Origin: a virus
Reading direction: 5' to 3' (one strand)
Virus record (IMG/VR): IMGVR_UViG_3300022752_004330
Coordinates: 1-64,000 of that record
Length of the DNA: 64,000 nt
In this document: positions 1 through 6,831 of the stretch, piece by piece
Layout of the letters: every line of letters begins with the position of its first letter
Position numbering within the stretch: position 1 is the stretch's first letter
Program-made: the position numbers and the translations under genes
Notes under the pieces: model-generated
Database searches by the model: none
Told to the model about the DNA's origin: nothing
Seen by the model: only the letters and a program-made list of their open reading frames with translations

Positions 1-151
1 CTTTGGTCATTGAATTGGGCAGCTCTATGATGTCAATGTCGCTATGGCCGTTCTTGGCCAGGACCTTGACACGTAGACTGTCATTACAGAAACGAACCTT
101 GAACTCACCGTTGAGTTTACTTACACCAGCATGTGAAAAAGTCTTAGACAT
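1..151 (-). CDS. Conserved-looking phage hypothetical protein, truncated by window start (MSKTFSHAGVSKLNGEFKVRFCND...)
   Basis: Read manually and absent from the ORF track. ATG at 151-149, preceded by AAGGAG RBS and a TTGACA-17-TATAAT promoter; frame open to the window edge. Confidence 0.75.
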   Translation of the reverse strand, partial: MSKTFSHAGVSKLNGEFKVRFCNDSLRVKVLAKNGHSDIDIIELPNSMTK

Positions 152-201
152 ATTGATCTCCTTAAATGTGAATGTCTGTGTGTGAATTAATTTGCTACTG
201 T

Positions 202-390
202 TCAAATATTATACTGAAAATCTTCTTCGATGTCAACCTGTTGTGTTTGGCCAACACCGAAACGGTGATCTGCTTCCTCTCGTGCCTCGCTATAGGTAAC
301 GGCGTCCAGCTGCTCTACACTGCCGTCATTGAACAAGGCACTCCAGTAGGCGGGCGCATCGGATATGATGTCAACTACATAGCGGCTCAT
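202..390 (-). CDS. Hypothetical early protein (62 aa)
   Basis: ORF track; coupled to upstream ORF by a 1-nt overlap at 390. Confidence 0.7.
   Translation of the reverse strand: MSRYVVDIISDAPAYWSALFNDGSVEQLDAVTYSEAREEADHRFGVGQTQQVDIEEDFQYNI
208..236 (-). promoter_or_regulatory. Sigma70 consensus promoter (TTGACA-17-TATAAT)
   Basis: Reverse complement reads TTGACA tcgaagaagattttcag TATAAT; lacks the ACCC/GGGT flanks of the other early promoters. Confidence 0.8.
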
Positions 391-785
391 TATACTTCCT
401 CCGACACTGTAACATCATTACAAAAGCGAGCAAACTCTGCGTGAGTGCCTTTGAACACAAGGTCTCGCTTGTAGTTAAAGATAATGACGTCCTTTTCGTA
501 GACATGATACTCGAAGTCTTGTCCATCGTCTCTGTCCAGCACAGGAGCATGAAGATAAAAATTACCTACTTCAGTCTTGAAGTGAGCAACCATTTGAGCA
601 GCCAAACAGCCCATACCGTTGGCCAACTTTGCTCGCTTTTGCCCAAAGCCGTTGACGATGTCGTACCCGTCTAAGAACGCAGCAAGTTCTGCTCCGTGCC
701 CAGAGGGGTAGCCGTCGTATTGACGATAGACGCAGACTACAGGATGCTTGCCCTCATATACATAAGTTAGTGATCTCGTTCCCAT
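390..785 (-). CDS. Phage hypothetical early protein (MGTRS...YDGYP type)
   Basis: 131-aa ORF directly after a promoter/RBS cassette. Confidence 0.8.
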   Translation of the reverse strand: MGTRSLTYVYEGKHPVVCVYRQYDGYPSGHGAELAAFLDGYDIVNGFGQKRAKLANGMGCLAAQMVAHFKTEVGNFYLHAPVLDRDDGQDFEYHVYEKDVIIFNYKRDLVFKGTHAEFARFCNDVTVSEEV

Positions 786-790
786 TTATT

Positions 791-856
791 ACTCCTTGTT
801 GTTCACTGTAATGCTATTATAGCAACTATCAATACCCCAGTCAACCATAGGGTTTC
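791..856 (-). promoter_or_regulatory. Early promoter cassette 1 (TTGACT-17-TATAAT, ACCC/GGGT inverted repeat around -35, AAGGAG RBS)
   Basis: -35 at 844-839, -10 at 821-816; leader CAGTGAACAACAAGGAG shared with other copies. Confidence 0.85.
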
Positions 857-1086
857 TAGTAGTCTGCTACGATGTCACCATCGTTGTTGCGAAAAACATA
901 CACTGCTACCTGTGACTCCTCGCCATCTTCCTTATACTTACAACGATAGGCAAACTGCCCACCATTGGTGATGCCTACGAATTTGCTAAAGGTTAGACGG
1001 TCTTGGGGATAGTTGCGACGCAGGGCTGACTCCACAGCACCCGTGTCTAACTTGGCTAGGGTTTCAATTTCAAAAGCGTAGATCAT
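856..1086 (-). CDS. Hypothetical early protein (76 aa)
   Basis: ORF with AAGGAG RBS in cassette 2. Confidence 0.75.
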   Translation of the reverse strand: MIYAFEIETLAKLDTGAVESALRRNYPQDRLTFSKFVGITNGGQFAYRCKYKEDGEESQVAVYVFRNNDGDIVADY

Positions 1087-1089
1087 ATT

Positions 1090-1156
1090 TGCTCCTTGTT
1101 GTTCACTATACCCATATTATACGGAAAATGAGTAACCCAGTCAATTGGCGGGTTAT
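1090..1156 (-). promoter_or_regulatory. Early promoter cassette 2 (TTGACT-17-TATAAT)
   Basis: -35 at 1144-1139, -10 at 1121-1116, ACCC-N11-GGGT, same leader/RBS. Confidence 0.85.
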
Positions 1157-1171
1157 TCTGGCATGTTGTAT

Positions 1172-1582
1172 TTAAACAACAACGTAGGGCTTGTTCCAGC
1201 GCCCAATATTTATGTCAATATAATGACTGGTGTGAAAGTAGTCAGTTTGGGCATCACTGTGATCAAAGAAGTCTGGACCTTTAAGGGCCTGAATAGCCTG
1301 ATCTAGGAACTCTGCAGCCGGACCTGAGAAGTGCTCGTGCGCCCAGTAGGTGTTTACATTGATATGATCTCGAGCAGGCCTAAAAGGCTGCTCGTTGTAA
1401 CGAGGATGCTGGCTGCAGGTAGCGTTAAAATTGCCGATAAAATCAATCTCACCCTGGCTAATGTTCAAGCACAAGGTTCTGTGATTATCCACACTAAGAG
1501 TACCTTTCAAGCCATACCGCTTAAGTAGGGACTTAACAGTGGGTGCCAATTTTGCTTTCATCTCTTGGGATACATAAGCCAT
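1172..1582 (-). CDS. Phage hypothetical early protein (MAYVSQE...DAQTDYFH)
   Basis: ORF track 1172..1612; start reassigned to ATG 1582, downstream of the AAGGAG RBS. Confidence 0.8.
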   Translation of the reverse strand: MAYVSQEMKAKLAPTVKSLLKRYGLKGTLSVDNHRTLCLNISQGEIDFIGNFNATCSQHPRYNEQPFRPARDHINVNTYWAHEHFSGPAAEFLDQAIQALKGPDFFDHSDAQTDYFHTSHYIDINIGRWNKPYVVV

Positions 1583-1586
1583 TTCG

Positions 1587-1652
1587 TGCTCCTTGTTGTT
1601 CACTATAGACACAGTATAGCACCAAACTATACCCTGGTCAACCGTAGGGTTT
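1587..1652 (-). promoter_or_regulatory. Early promoter cassette 3 (TTGACC-17-TATACT)
   Basis: -35 at 1641-1636, -10 at 1618-1613, ACCC-N12-GGGT. Confidence 0.85.
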
Positions 1653-1802
1653 CTAGAACTCCTTTACATCTACAATTTCAGTTTCCGCAATAGCAGGATG
1701 CTCAAAGTCGTAGTCCATTTCCTGGATGACCTCTGAGACATCTGCGTCCGCATCAATCCACATACGAACTAGGACATCTACTCTGCGTCTCACTTCACTC
1801 AT
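1653..1802 (-). CDS. Small hypothetical protein (49 aa, MSEVRRRVDVLVRMWID...)
   Basis: Read manually, below the ORF-track cutoff; fills the gap exactly between ORF 1805..2089 and cassette 3; GGAG upstream. Confidence 0.65.
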   Translation of the reverse strand: MSEVRRRVDVLVRMWIDADADVSEVIQEMDYDFEHPAIAETEIVDVKEF

Positions 1803-1804
1803 AA

Positions 1805-2089
1805 TTAATCTCCACTGTCAATTTGATAACTGTCACCACATAGGTCACAGGTGTATTCTGTCAAACAACGACCCACTGAACGACTGCGATAACGATGAAC
1901 ACAGGGCTCTCCGTTGGAGTTTAGGCGCACCCGTCCGGTAGGACGACCGTACATATACTGACCGCCGCAGTTGGTGCAGGGCAAGGTGCCTGAAGCAGCA
2001 TCATAGCCCGCCAGCAGGTAACGAGTATGATAGTTTCCCCCTGCAGGCACTCGCCCCGTGCCCCCACATACTGGACAAGTGCCCTCCAC
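1805..2089 (-). CDS. Zinc-finger protein (DnaJ-like CxxCxGxG motif plus further CxxC pairs)
   Basis: CPVCGGTG, CTNCGG, C..H, CDLC motifs. Confidence 0.7.
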   Translation of the reverse strand: MEGTCPVCGGTGRVPAGGNYHTRYLLAGYDAASGTLPCTNCGGQYMYGRPTGRVRLNSNGEPCVHRYRSRSVGRCLTEYTCDLCGDSYQIDSGD

Positions 2090-2298
2090 TATTCTACTCC
2101 TATACGACGAAGGTCAATCATGCCGTCCTCTGCCATCTGCACAATAGCATTGGCCAATTGCACAATGTCACGCAAGCCGCGCACTTCGTAAGGGTTCATG
2201 TCGTCAATCCACGCAGTGCCCTCTTCTGCCAAGCGGTCAACTACTGCCTGTAGGTCGTTAGCAGTGTTCTCGCACATACAGTAGGTCATATTTGCCAT
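2089..2298 (-). CDS. Hypothetical early protein (69 aa)
   Basis: ORF with GAGGAG RBS in cassette 4. Confidence 0.75.
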   Translation of the reverse strand: MANMTYCMCENTANDLQAVVDRLAEEGTAWIDDMNPYEVRGLRDIVQLANAIVQMAEDGMIDLRRIGVE

Positions 2299-2300
2299 TG

Positions 2301-2369
2301 TTCGCTCCTCGTTGTTTCAGTGTAATGCTATTATAGCAACTATCAATACCCCTGTCAACCGTAGGGTTT
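2301..2369 (-). promoter_or_regulatory. Early promoter cassette 4 (TTGACA-17-TATAAT, extended -10)
   Basis: -35 at 2358-2353, -10 at 2335-2330; nearly identical to cassette 1. Confidence 0.9.
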
Positions 2370-2633
2370 TTAGGCACTCCAGTAGGTTTCTGAACTGGGT
2401 GAGCAAGAGTAGGGCGTGTCGTAACGCTCTTGGAACTCTGCGCCCGTGATCAAGTTCTTGCGGGTTACCAAGGTCTTATGTATTTCGTAACGGTAGCCCT
2501 TGCTCTTAGGGCAGTTCTTACTGTATACAAATTCCAAAACACTAGGATCTGAGGTGCTGTGATCTACCTTGCGAACCAAACGCTCGCCTGCCTTCAATCG
2601 CCGATCTTGCTTGTAGACTTCTACGGTATACAT
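2370..2633 (-). CDS. Hypothetical early protein (C-terminal TPYSCSPSSETYWS motif)
   Basis: 87-aa ORF with RBS. Confidence 0.75.
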   Translation of the reverse strand: MYTVEVYKQDRRLKAGERLVRKVDHSTSDPSVLEFVYSKNCPKSKGYRYEIHKTLVTRKNLITGAEFQERYDTPYSCSPSSETYWSA

Positions 2634-2637
2634 AGTT

Positions 2638-2703
2638 TCTCCTTGTGTTTCAGTGTAGTCACATTATAGCAAGAATCAATACCCCTGTCAACTCAAGGGT
2701 CTT
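2638..2703 (-). promoter_or_regulatory. Early promoter cassette 5 (TTGACA-17-TATAAT)
   Basis: -35 at 2691-2686, -10 at 2668-2663. Confidence 0.9.
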
Positions 2704-2716
2704 TGTTGTTTTCTTG

Positions 2717-2926
2717 CTACAGCCAACTTCCAGGGAGTACATAGGGCCCACGCTGACCCCGTACCCGCACATCAATCTGTCTCACTGCTCGTTTCAGTCT
2801 CCGAGCCAGGTAGCGAGCACGACCCAGACTGGGCGTGGAGATGTAGTTGCTCCATCCACCGTCCGGGAAGGTACGGGGCTTGTTCAGTGCTACATAATAT
2901 AGGGTTTTGGGTCTAATAATCTTCAC
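2717..2926 (-). CDS. Basic hypothetical protein (69 aa)
   Basis: ORF track; last gene of the operon from cassette 6. Confidence 0.6.
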   Translation of the reverse strand: MKIIRPKTLYYVALNKPRTFPDGGWSNYISTPSLGRARYLARRLKRAVRQIDVRVRGQRGPYVLPGSWL

Positions 2927-3101
2927 GGTGACTCCAGCAAGTGAGCATATCTGCTACTTCATTTGAGTATAGATAGCTCAGTGTCTTCCATACACTATCT
3001 ATAACGTCATTGAATTCTCTGAATTGGGTATAGAGGTTTTTGAAGTAGAACTCGTCACCTCGTGCCTCTGCATACAGTTCTGCTTGTTTAAGGTATTCCA
3101 T
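2913..3101 (-). CDS. Hypothetical protein (MEYLKQAEL...)
   Basis: ORF track 2913..3209; start reassigned to ATG 3101, which overlaps the upstream stop. Confidence 0.6.
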   Translation of the reverse strand: MEYLKQAELYAEARGDEFYFKNLYTQFREFNDVIDSVWKTLSYLYSNEVADMLTCWSHREDY

Positions 3102-3286
3102 TACAGTTTCACATCCTTTAGAACTTGTCGGGATCCGTTGGGATCTGTTAGAGTAATTCGCACAATGTCTGGGTGAGTCTGCAATCCACAGCGATAAGTA
3201 AAATCCCAACGTTCGTCATCGCTGGCAAAGGTCTTACTCCATTCGTGTTCATTGCGGAACATCCATGTCAGTGTATACTCACTCAT
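3101..3286 (-). CDS. Hypothetical protein (MSEYTLTW...)
   Basis: ORF track 3101..3310; likely start 3286 or 3289. Confidence 0.6.
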   Translation of the reverse strand: MSEYTLTWMFRNEHEWSKTFASDDERWDFTYRCGLQTHPDIVRITLTDPNGSRQVLKDVKL

Positions 3287-3470
3287 CATCTTCATCCTCT
3301 TCGTAGGCAAAGCGTGGGCTCAGTTCGTTGGCATCTAACATGTCACGCACCTCATCCGTGCTCAGCCAGTTCAGTGCCGCATGAAGCATGAGCATGGGAT
3401 CTACCATGCCATCTTCTACAAGACTTAAGGCAAAGTCTCTGGGATCTCGCTTAAAAAGTTCTTTGTCCAT
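3279..3470 (-). CDS. Acidic hypothetical protein (63 aa)
   Basis: ORF with AAGGAG RBS of cassette 6; acidic C-terminus. Confidence 0.7.
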   Translation of the reverse strand: MDKELFKRDPRDFALSLVEDGMVDPMLMLHAALNWLSTDEVRDMLDANELSPRFAYEEDEDDE

Positions 3471-3473
3471 CGT

Positions 3474-3542
3474 TCGCTCCTTGTTGTTTCAGTGTAGTCA
3501 CATTATAGCAAGTTTCGATACCCATGTCAACTGTAGGGTCTT
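3474..3542 (-). promoter_or_regulatory. Early promoter cassette 6 (TTGACA-17-TATAAT)
   Basis: -35 at 3530-3525, -10 at 3507-3502. Confidence 0.9.
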
Positions 3543-3547
3543 TGTGG

Positions 3548-3769
3548 CTAAAAAGCCACACGCTGTATCACTCCCGCAGTGCCCGCAACGAACATTACCG
3601 CATTCGTAGCAATCAGTGCTCTATCCTGCATCTGTAGAGCAGCCACTAACCACAGTATACCTGCACAGTATAACATTACAGGACCCATACTGTTATTGAT
3701 CTGTGTAAGGTAAGCAGCGGGCACCATAAGTGCCGTTGCTGTCCATTTTAGAATCTGTAACATTAGCAC
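3548..3769 (-). CDS. Small membrane protein (about 3 TM helices)
   Basis: Hydrophobic 73-aa ORF. Confidence 0.7.
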   Translation of the reverse strand: MLMLQILKWTATALMVPAAYLTQINNSMGPVMLYCAGILWLVAALQMQDRALIATNAVMFVAGTAGVIQRVAF

Positions 3770-4080
3770 TCCATGCTCGCAACACCGTCCTCCTGCATGC
3801 CTTGCTCTGTAAAGCCAACATCAAAGCCCAGTGCTCCGCTAACAGCATTCTCAAATGCCGTGTCAGTGTAGATGTCCCAGGTGCTATCGTGTGCGACGTC
3901 TACTCGTGTATTAATGCTGTCGTCAAAGGCAGTATATATAACGCAGATACCTGTAACACGCACCTGTCGTCCTGCTTCACAGCCCCACAAGCCGTCGCCA
4001 GCAGTCGTTACAGTAAAGTCGCAGTCAAAATTGTGTATAACAGTGCCTGCATCAAATTCTGTGCTCTTAAGTCTCATCAT
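3763..4080 (-). CDS. Hypothetical early protein (GDGLW...FTEQGMQ)
   Basis: ORF track 3763..4116; start reassigned to 4080/4077 after the RBS. Confidence 0.75.
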   Translation of the reverse strand: MMRLKSTEFDAGTVIHNFDCDFTVTTAGDGLWGCEAGRQVRVTGICVIYTAFDDSINTRVDVAHDSTWDIYTDTAFENAVSGALGFDVGFTEQGMQEDGVASMEC

Positions 4081-4150
4081 CGCTCCTTGTTTGCCAGTGT
4101 CTGTGTAGTATAGCAAAAAACAAAGACCCTGTCAAGTGCAGGGTCTTTGG
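4081..4150 (-). promoter_or_regulatory. Early promoter cassette 7 (TTGACA-17-TATACT; perfect 11-bp inverted repeat CAAAGACCCTG/CAGGGTCTTTG enclosing -35)
   Basis: -35 at 4135-4130, -10 at 4112-4107. Confidence 0.9.
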
Positions 4151-4155
4151 CACCC

Positions 4156-4497
4156 TTAGTCCAATCTGGACCCAGCGTAGGCAGTGAAGCCGTACTTCTG
4201 GAAGACCTTAGCCGCAGCCTCTGCACCTACCTCTAAGGTGTCTACGTTCTGGCAACCGAACTTTGAGGGATTCCACATCTGGAGACCGCCACCATAGGCC
4301 TTGCGGATACCTTCTTTAGCCAGTGCCTTGCCCAGTCGCGTATTGCCTTTGACACCGTAGATGTTGACCCAGGCAAAGCCGCAGGCGTATTGGTCTTGCC
4401 CGCCCAACTTCTCCTGGAAGAACTTGCTAGCGGCTTGGTAAGCGGCCGTCTGGGCTTCTGCAACGATTTGGGGAATTTGCTCAGCAGTCACATTCAT
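4156..4497 (-). CDS. Phage hypothetical early protein (CGFAWV motif)
   Basis: 113-aa ORF with AGGAG RBS. Confidence 0.8.
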   Translation of the reverse strand: MNVTAEQIPQIVAEAQTAAYQAASKFFQEKLGGQDQYACGFAWVNIYGVKGNTRLGKALAKEGIRKAYGGGLQMWNPSKFGCQNVDTLEVGAEAAAKVFQKYGFTAYAGSRLD

Positions 4498-4501
4498 TTC
4501 T

Positions 4502-4572
4502 TGCTCCTGTGTAGTGTTTCAGTTCAATAAGTATAGCAAAAAGTGGAAACCCTGTCAACCTTAGGGTCTTTG
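4502..4572 (-). promoter_or_regulatory. Early promoter cassette 8 (TTGACA-17-TATACT)
   Basis: -35 at 4558-4553, -10 at 4535-4530. Confidence 0.9.
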
Positions 4573-4577
4573 GCACT

Positions 4578-4751
4578 CTAGGTGTTGTAAAAACCCAACA
4601 GTTCTGCCTGCTCTGCTAACTGCTCCAAAGCCAACTCACGCAGAACACGATTAATCGCGTCAAACTCCACTGAGGGATCCTCATAGAAGCGAGCCATGTC
4701 CAGTTCAAAGGCCTCAATGTCTTCAGGTGTCATATAATCCGGATATTGCAT
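4578..4751 (-). CDS. Acidic hypothetical protein (MQYPDY...)
   Basis: ORF track 4578..4781; start reassigned to 4751. Confidence 0.65.
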   Translation of the reverse strand: MQYPDYMTPEDIEAFELDMARFYEDPSVEFDAINRVLRELALEQLAEQAELLGFYNT

Positions 4752-4752
4752 C

Positions 4753-4974
4753 TTAGTCCCCCAAATCATAACGTTCTTCATAGAGCGCTTCCAGTTGGAG
4801 ATCCTCCTTATACTGGTCTTCCTCTCTGTTAAGGCAAATCAACTCCGTGTCCATCATGTCGCACAGGGCCATAGCCATGTCAAAAGCGTCTGAGCGCATC
4901 TTAGCACGGATTGGCTGTTCAATCTCGTGTCCGTTGGGGAAACGAAGCACTGCTACATAGTCATAGAATCTCAT
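4753..4974 (-). CDS. Acidic hypothetical protein (73 aa)
   Basis: ORF track; ATGA overlap with the upstream gene. Confidence 0.7.
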   Translation of the reverse strand: MRFYDYVAVLRFPNGHEIEQPIRAKMRSDAFDMAMALCDMMDTELICLNREEDQYKEDLQLEALYEERYDLGD

Positions 4975-5108
4975 ACTGAATCCTTATAAAGGTTAGCACG
5001 TTGCCATGCCCACAAGTCACCAATCCTGTGGAATGCGGGTCCAATCAATTCGCCAGTGGCCTTGACCATAGTCTGCCATCCACCTACTACACTAAGACAA
5101 CTATACAT
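4971..5108 (-). CDS. Small hypothetical protein (45 aa, MYSCLSVVGGWQ...)
   Basis: Read manually; AAGGAG RBS of cassette 9, stop overlaps next start (ATGA). Confidence 0.7.
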   Translation of the reverse strand: MYSCLSVVGGWQTMVKATGELIGPAFHRIGDLWAWQRANLYKDSV

Positions 5109-5111
5109 ATC

Positions 5112-5178
5112 TGCTCCTTGTTGTTCACTGTACCACTATTTTACTACCAATCAATACCCCTGTCAACCTAAGGGTTAT
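5112..5178 (-). promoter_or_regulatory. Early promoter cassette 9 (TTGACA-17-TAAAAT)
   Basis: -35 at 5166-5161, -10 at 5143-5138. Confidence 0.85.
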
Positions 5179-5390
5179 TGTGGAACTCCCGCGACCTCAA
5201 TGACTTCCTCGTGGTCTATGAGTACGCGAACAGCCTTCATTGCTCGCCACCGTAACTGAATAGGCTGGTCAAACTCTACACTATGCTGAACTCTGCCGCC
5301 ATACTTGACACGGCTTTCTACCACAACGCCCTCTACTTCCTGATCGCCAAAGTAACGAGCACGAATCCGCTGTCCCTCTAAGTTCCACAT
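5175..5390 (-). CDS. Hypothetical early protein (71 aa, beta-rich)
   Basis: ORF with AAGGAG RBS. Confidence 0.75.
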   Translation of the reverse strand: MWNLEGQRIRARYFGDQEVEGVVVESRVKYGGRVQHSVEFDQPIQLRWRAMKAVRVLIDHEEVIEVAGVPQ

Positions 5391-5396
5391 TGAGTA

Positions 5397-5457
5397 CGCT
5401 CCTTTAGTGTAGTCACATTATAGCAAGAATCAAAAACCCTGTCAAGCCAATGGTTAT
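5397..5457 (-). promoter_or_regulatory. Early promoter cassette 10 (TTGACA-17-TATAAT)
   Basis: -35 at 5445-5440, -10 at 5422-5417; left arm of the inverted repeat is degenerate (ACCA). Confidence 0.85.
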
Positions 5458-5580
5458 TATGATGCCCAAGCTGACTAAGATGTTCCATAGCCATAGACGC
5501 CCTAGTCCATACCACGTGGTACACTCTGGACAGCGAACAGAAAACAAAGGTACAGAGCGATTACAGTAGGGGCAGAGCAT
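5413..5580 (-). CDS. Small zinc-ribbon membrane protein (55 aa; CPYC...CPEC plus TM helix)
   Basis: Read manually: MLCPYCNRSVPLFSVRCPECTTWYGLGRLWLWNILVSLGIIITIGLTGFLILAIM; TGATG coupling to the upstream gene. Confidence 0.65.
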   Translation of the reverse strand: MLCPYCNRSVPLFSVRCPECTTWYGLGRLWLWNILVSLGIIITIGLTGFLILAIM

Positions 5581-5918
5581 CAATCTCCCCTACAATCCGT
5601 GTTCAACTCGGGCCGTAATGCCCTACGGATTTCAACTTCCCTACGATGAGCCACTGCCTTGCCCCGTAATAGTTCTACTACATGAATTTCAATCTCGTTC
5701 TTGTCTGCTAACTGGCGTAGAGCATGACATAGTGTCCAGTCTTTAGTCTCAGTCTTTGCTCTGTAGAAATGCTTTGCGGCACGTGACTTTACAGACTTCA
5801 GTACAGTAGTCTCAGTCTTAGCAGTGACTCCAATATAGCGAAGCCCGTTGACTACAAGCATGTAGACAATATGCGTACGATCTGAACGCTTTTTACGGGG
5901 TGCTTTTGCTTTGTCCAT
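5580..5918 (-). CDS. GIY-YIG-like nuclease-domain protein
   Basis: HIVYML...RYIGVT, R..H, conserved E and terminal LN pattern. ORF-track start 5969 lies upstream of the promoter, so start reassigned to 5918. Confidence 0.55.
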   Translation of the reverse strand: MDKAKAPRKKRSDRTHIVYMLVVNGLRYIGVTAKTETTVLKSVKSRAAKHFYRAKTETKDWTLCHALRQLADKNEIEIHVVELLRGKAVAHRREVEIRRALRPELNTDCRGD

Positions 5919-5924
5919 ACTCAT

Positions 5925-5966
5925 ATAATAGCAAAAAGACATACCCAAGTCAAATGGCGGGTCTTT
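5925..5966 (-). promoter_or_regulatory. Early promoter cassette 11 (TTGACT-17-TATTAT), no RBS
   Basis: -35 at 5953-5948, -10 at 5930-5925, ACCC-N12-GGGT. Confidence 0.75.
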
Positions 5967-5974
5967 CATTACTG

Positions 5975-6128
5975 TGTGGCGAATTCACAACACAGTGGCA
6001 TTTATGCTATTATGTGGCATCTGCGCCACAGGAACTCCCACAGTGGCTTCTATACAACATGTGGCTGATCTGCCACAGTCAATCATAGTTGACTAGCTCC
6101 TAGGGTCATGTGTTGTCTATAAGCCACA
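5975..6128. repeat. Array of 18-bp palindromes TGTKGY-N6-RCMACA (putative operator array)
   Basis: Copies at 5975, 5994 (degenerate), 6013, 6042, 6060 and 6111; single copies at 1164, 2704, 3543 and 4583. Confidence 0.75.
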
Positions 6129-6398
6129 GTTCAGCAAGTTTCATGCCCGTAGCCCGCTGGCCTTGTTCCGCTATACAGTTTATAGCATTGCTTAACCACA
6201 GATCACCTTGGTCAGCCATTCTCCGCACGGTTCGTGGGACTAAGTCCTTAACTGGCTGAGTCGCAATACTATTAGCTGATCTGTGCTGCTAGTATATCAT
6301 CAACTCGGTTTGCCATGCAGAATACAGTTTATATATAGACAAACACACTATAATTTATGGCATTTTGGAAGATATTTTGCCAGTTTTTGGCTTCAAAA

Positions 6399-6418
6399 TG
6401 TGGATAATCTGTGGATAT
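6399..6418. promoter_or_regulatory. Two phased DnaA-box-like 9-mers
   Basis: TGTGGATAA (6399-6407, perfect reverse complement of TTATCCACA) and TGTGGATAT (6410-6418), 11 bp apart, in non-coding DNA. Confidence 0.4.
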
Positions 6419-6510
6419 CGCCACCAGATTACTATGGTTTTTACCTTGGGATCACAGTGGATCTACAGTTAGGGGCACGGTGGGAGGGATAGGCTAAGCT
6501 CAAATACTCA

Positions 6511-6576
6511 ACTCAATCTTCACTCAATCTTCACACAGTATTCACACAGTATTCACTCAATCTTCACACAGTATTC
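6511..6576. repeat. Six tandem 11-bp units (ACTCAATCTTC / ACACAGTATTC), iteron-like
   Basis: Order A-A-B-B-A-B, read directly. Confidence 0.85.
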
Positions 6577-6679
6577 ACCCCAGCTGTCCTAGGTCACTAT
6601 TTCTTGGCTAAGTTCAAGTTCATCATGGTCTAGGGTCTCAGTGTTCTGTAAGCTATTCAAACAAGGTTTCCCAGCAGGT

Positions 6680-6730
6680 CTGTTCTAGCGGGGTTTTATC
6701 ATTATCTGTAACCTGTTCTAGCGGGGTTTT
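6680..6730. repeat. Direct repeat CTGTTCTAGCGGGGTTTT x2
   Basis: Copies at about 6680 and 6713. Confidence 0.8.
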
Positions 6731-6831
6731 GTATAAAGAAAATAGCCTGTTGAATTCTCAGTTAATTAAATATAGTAGATTAGTCTGTGACCATAGACTC
6801 GTAAATATATTAAAACAAGTTCAAACATAAC

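Noticed and set aside
1486-1494. Isolated DnaA box matches in coding regions (also ~25366)
   Set aside because: Single 9-mers inside ORFs are expected by chance.
791-5966. Early-region repeats as a CRISPR array or integron attC array
   Set aside because: The units are degenerate promoters with RBSs, separated by 200-800 bp of whole ORFs. There is no constant spacer length, no cas or integrase gene, and no attC R''/R' box structure.
3-6492. Plus-strand ORFs in the early region (e.g. 172..444, 3730..4113, 5900..6088, 6283..6492)
   Set aside because: They are antisense shadows of RBS-supported minus-strand genes or run through repeats, with no RBS or recognisable motifs.
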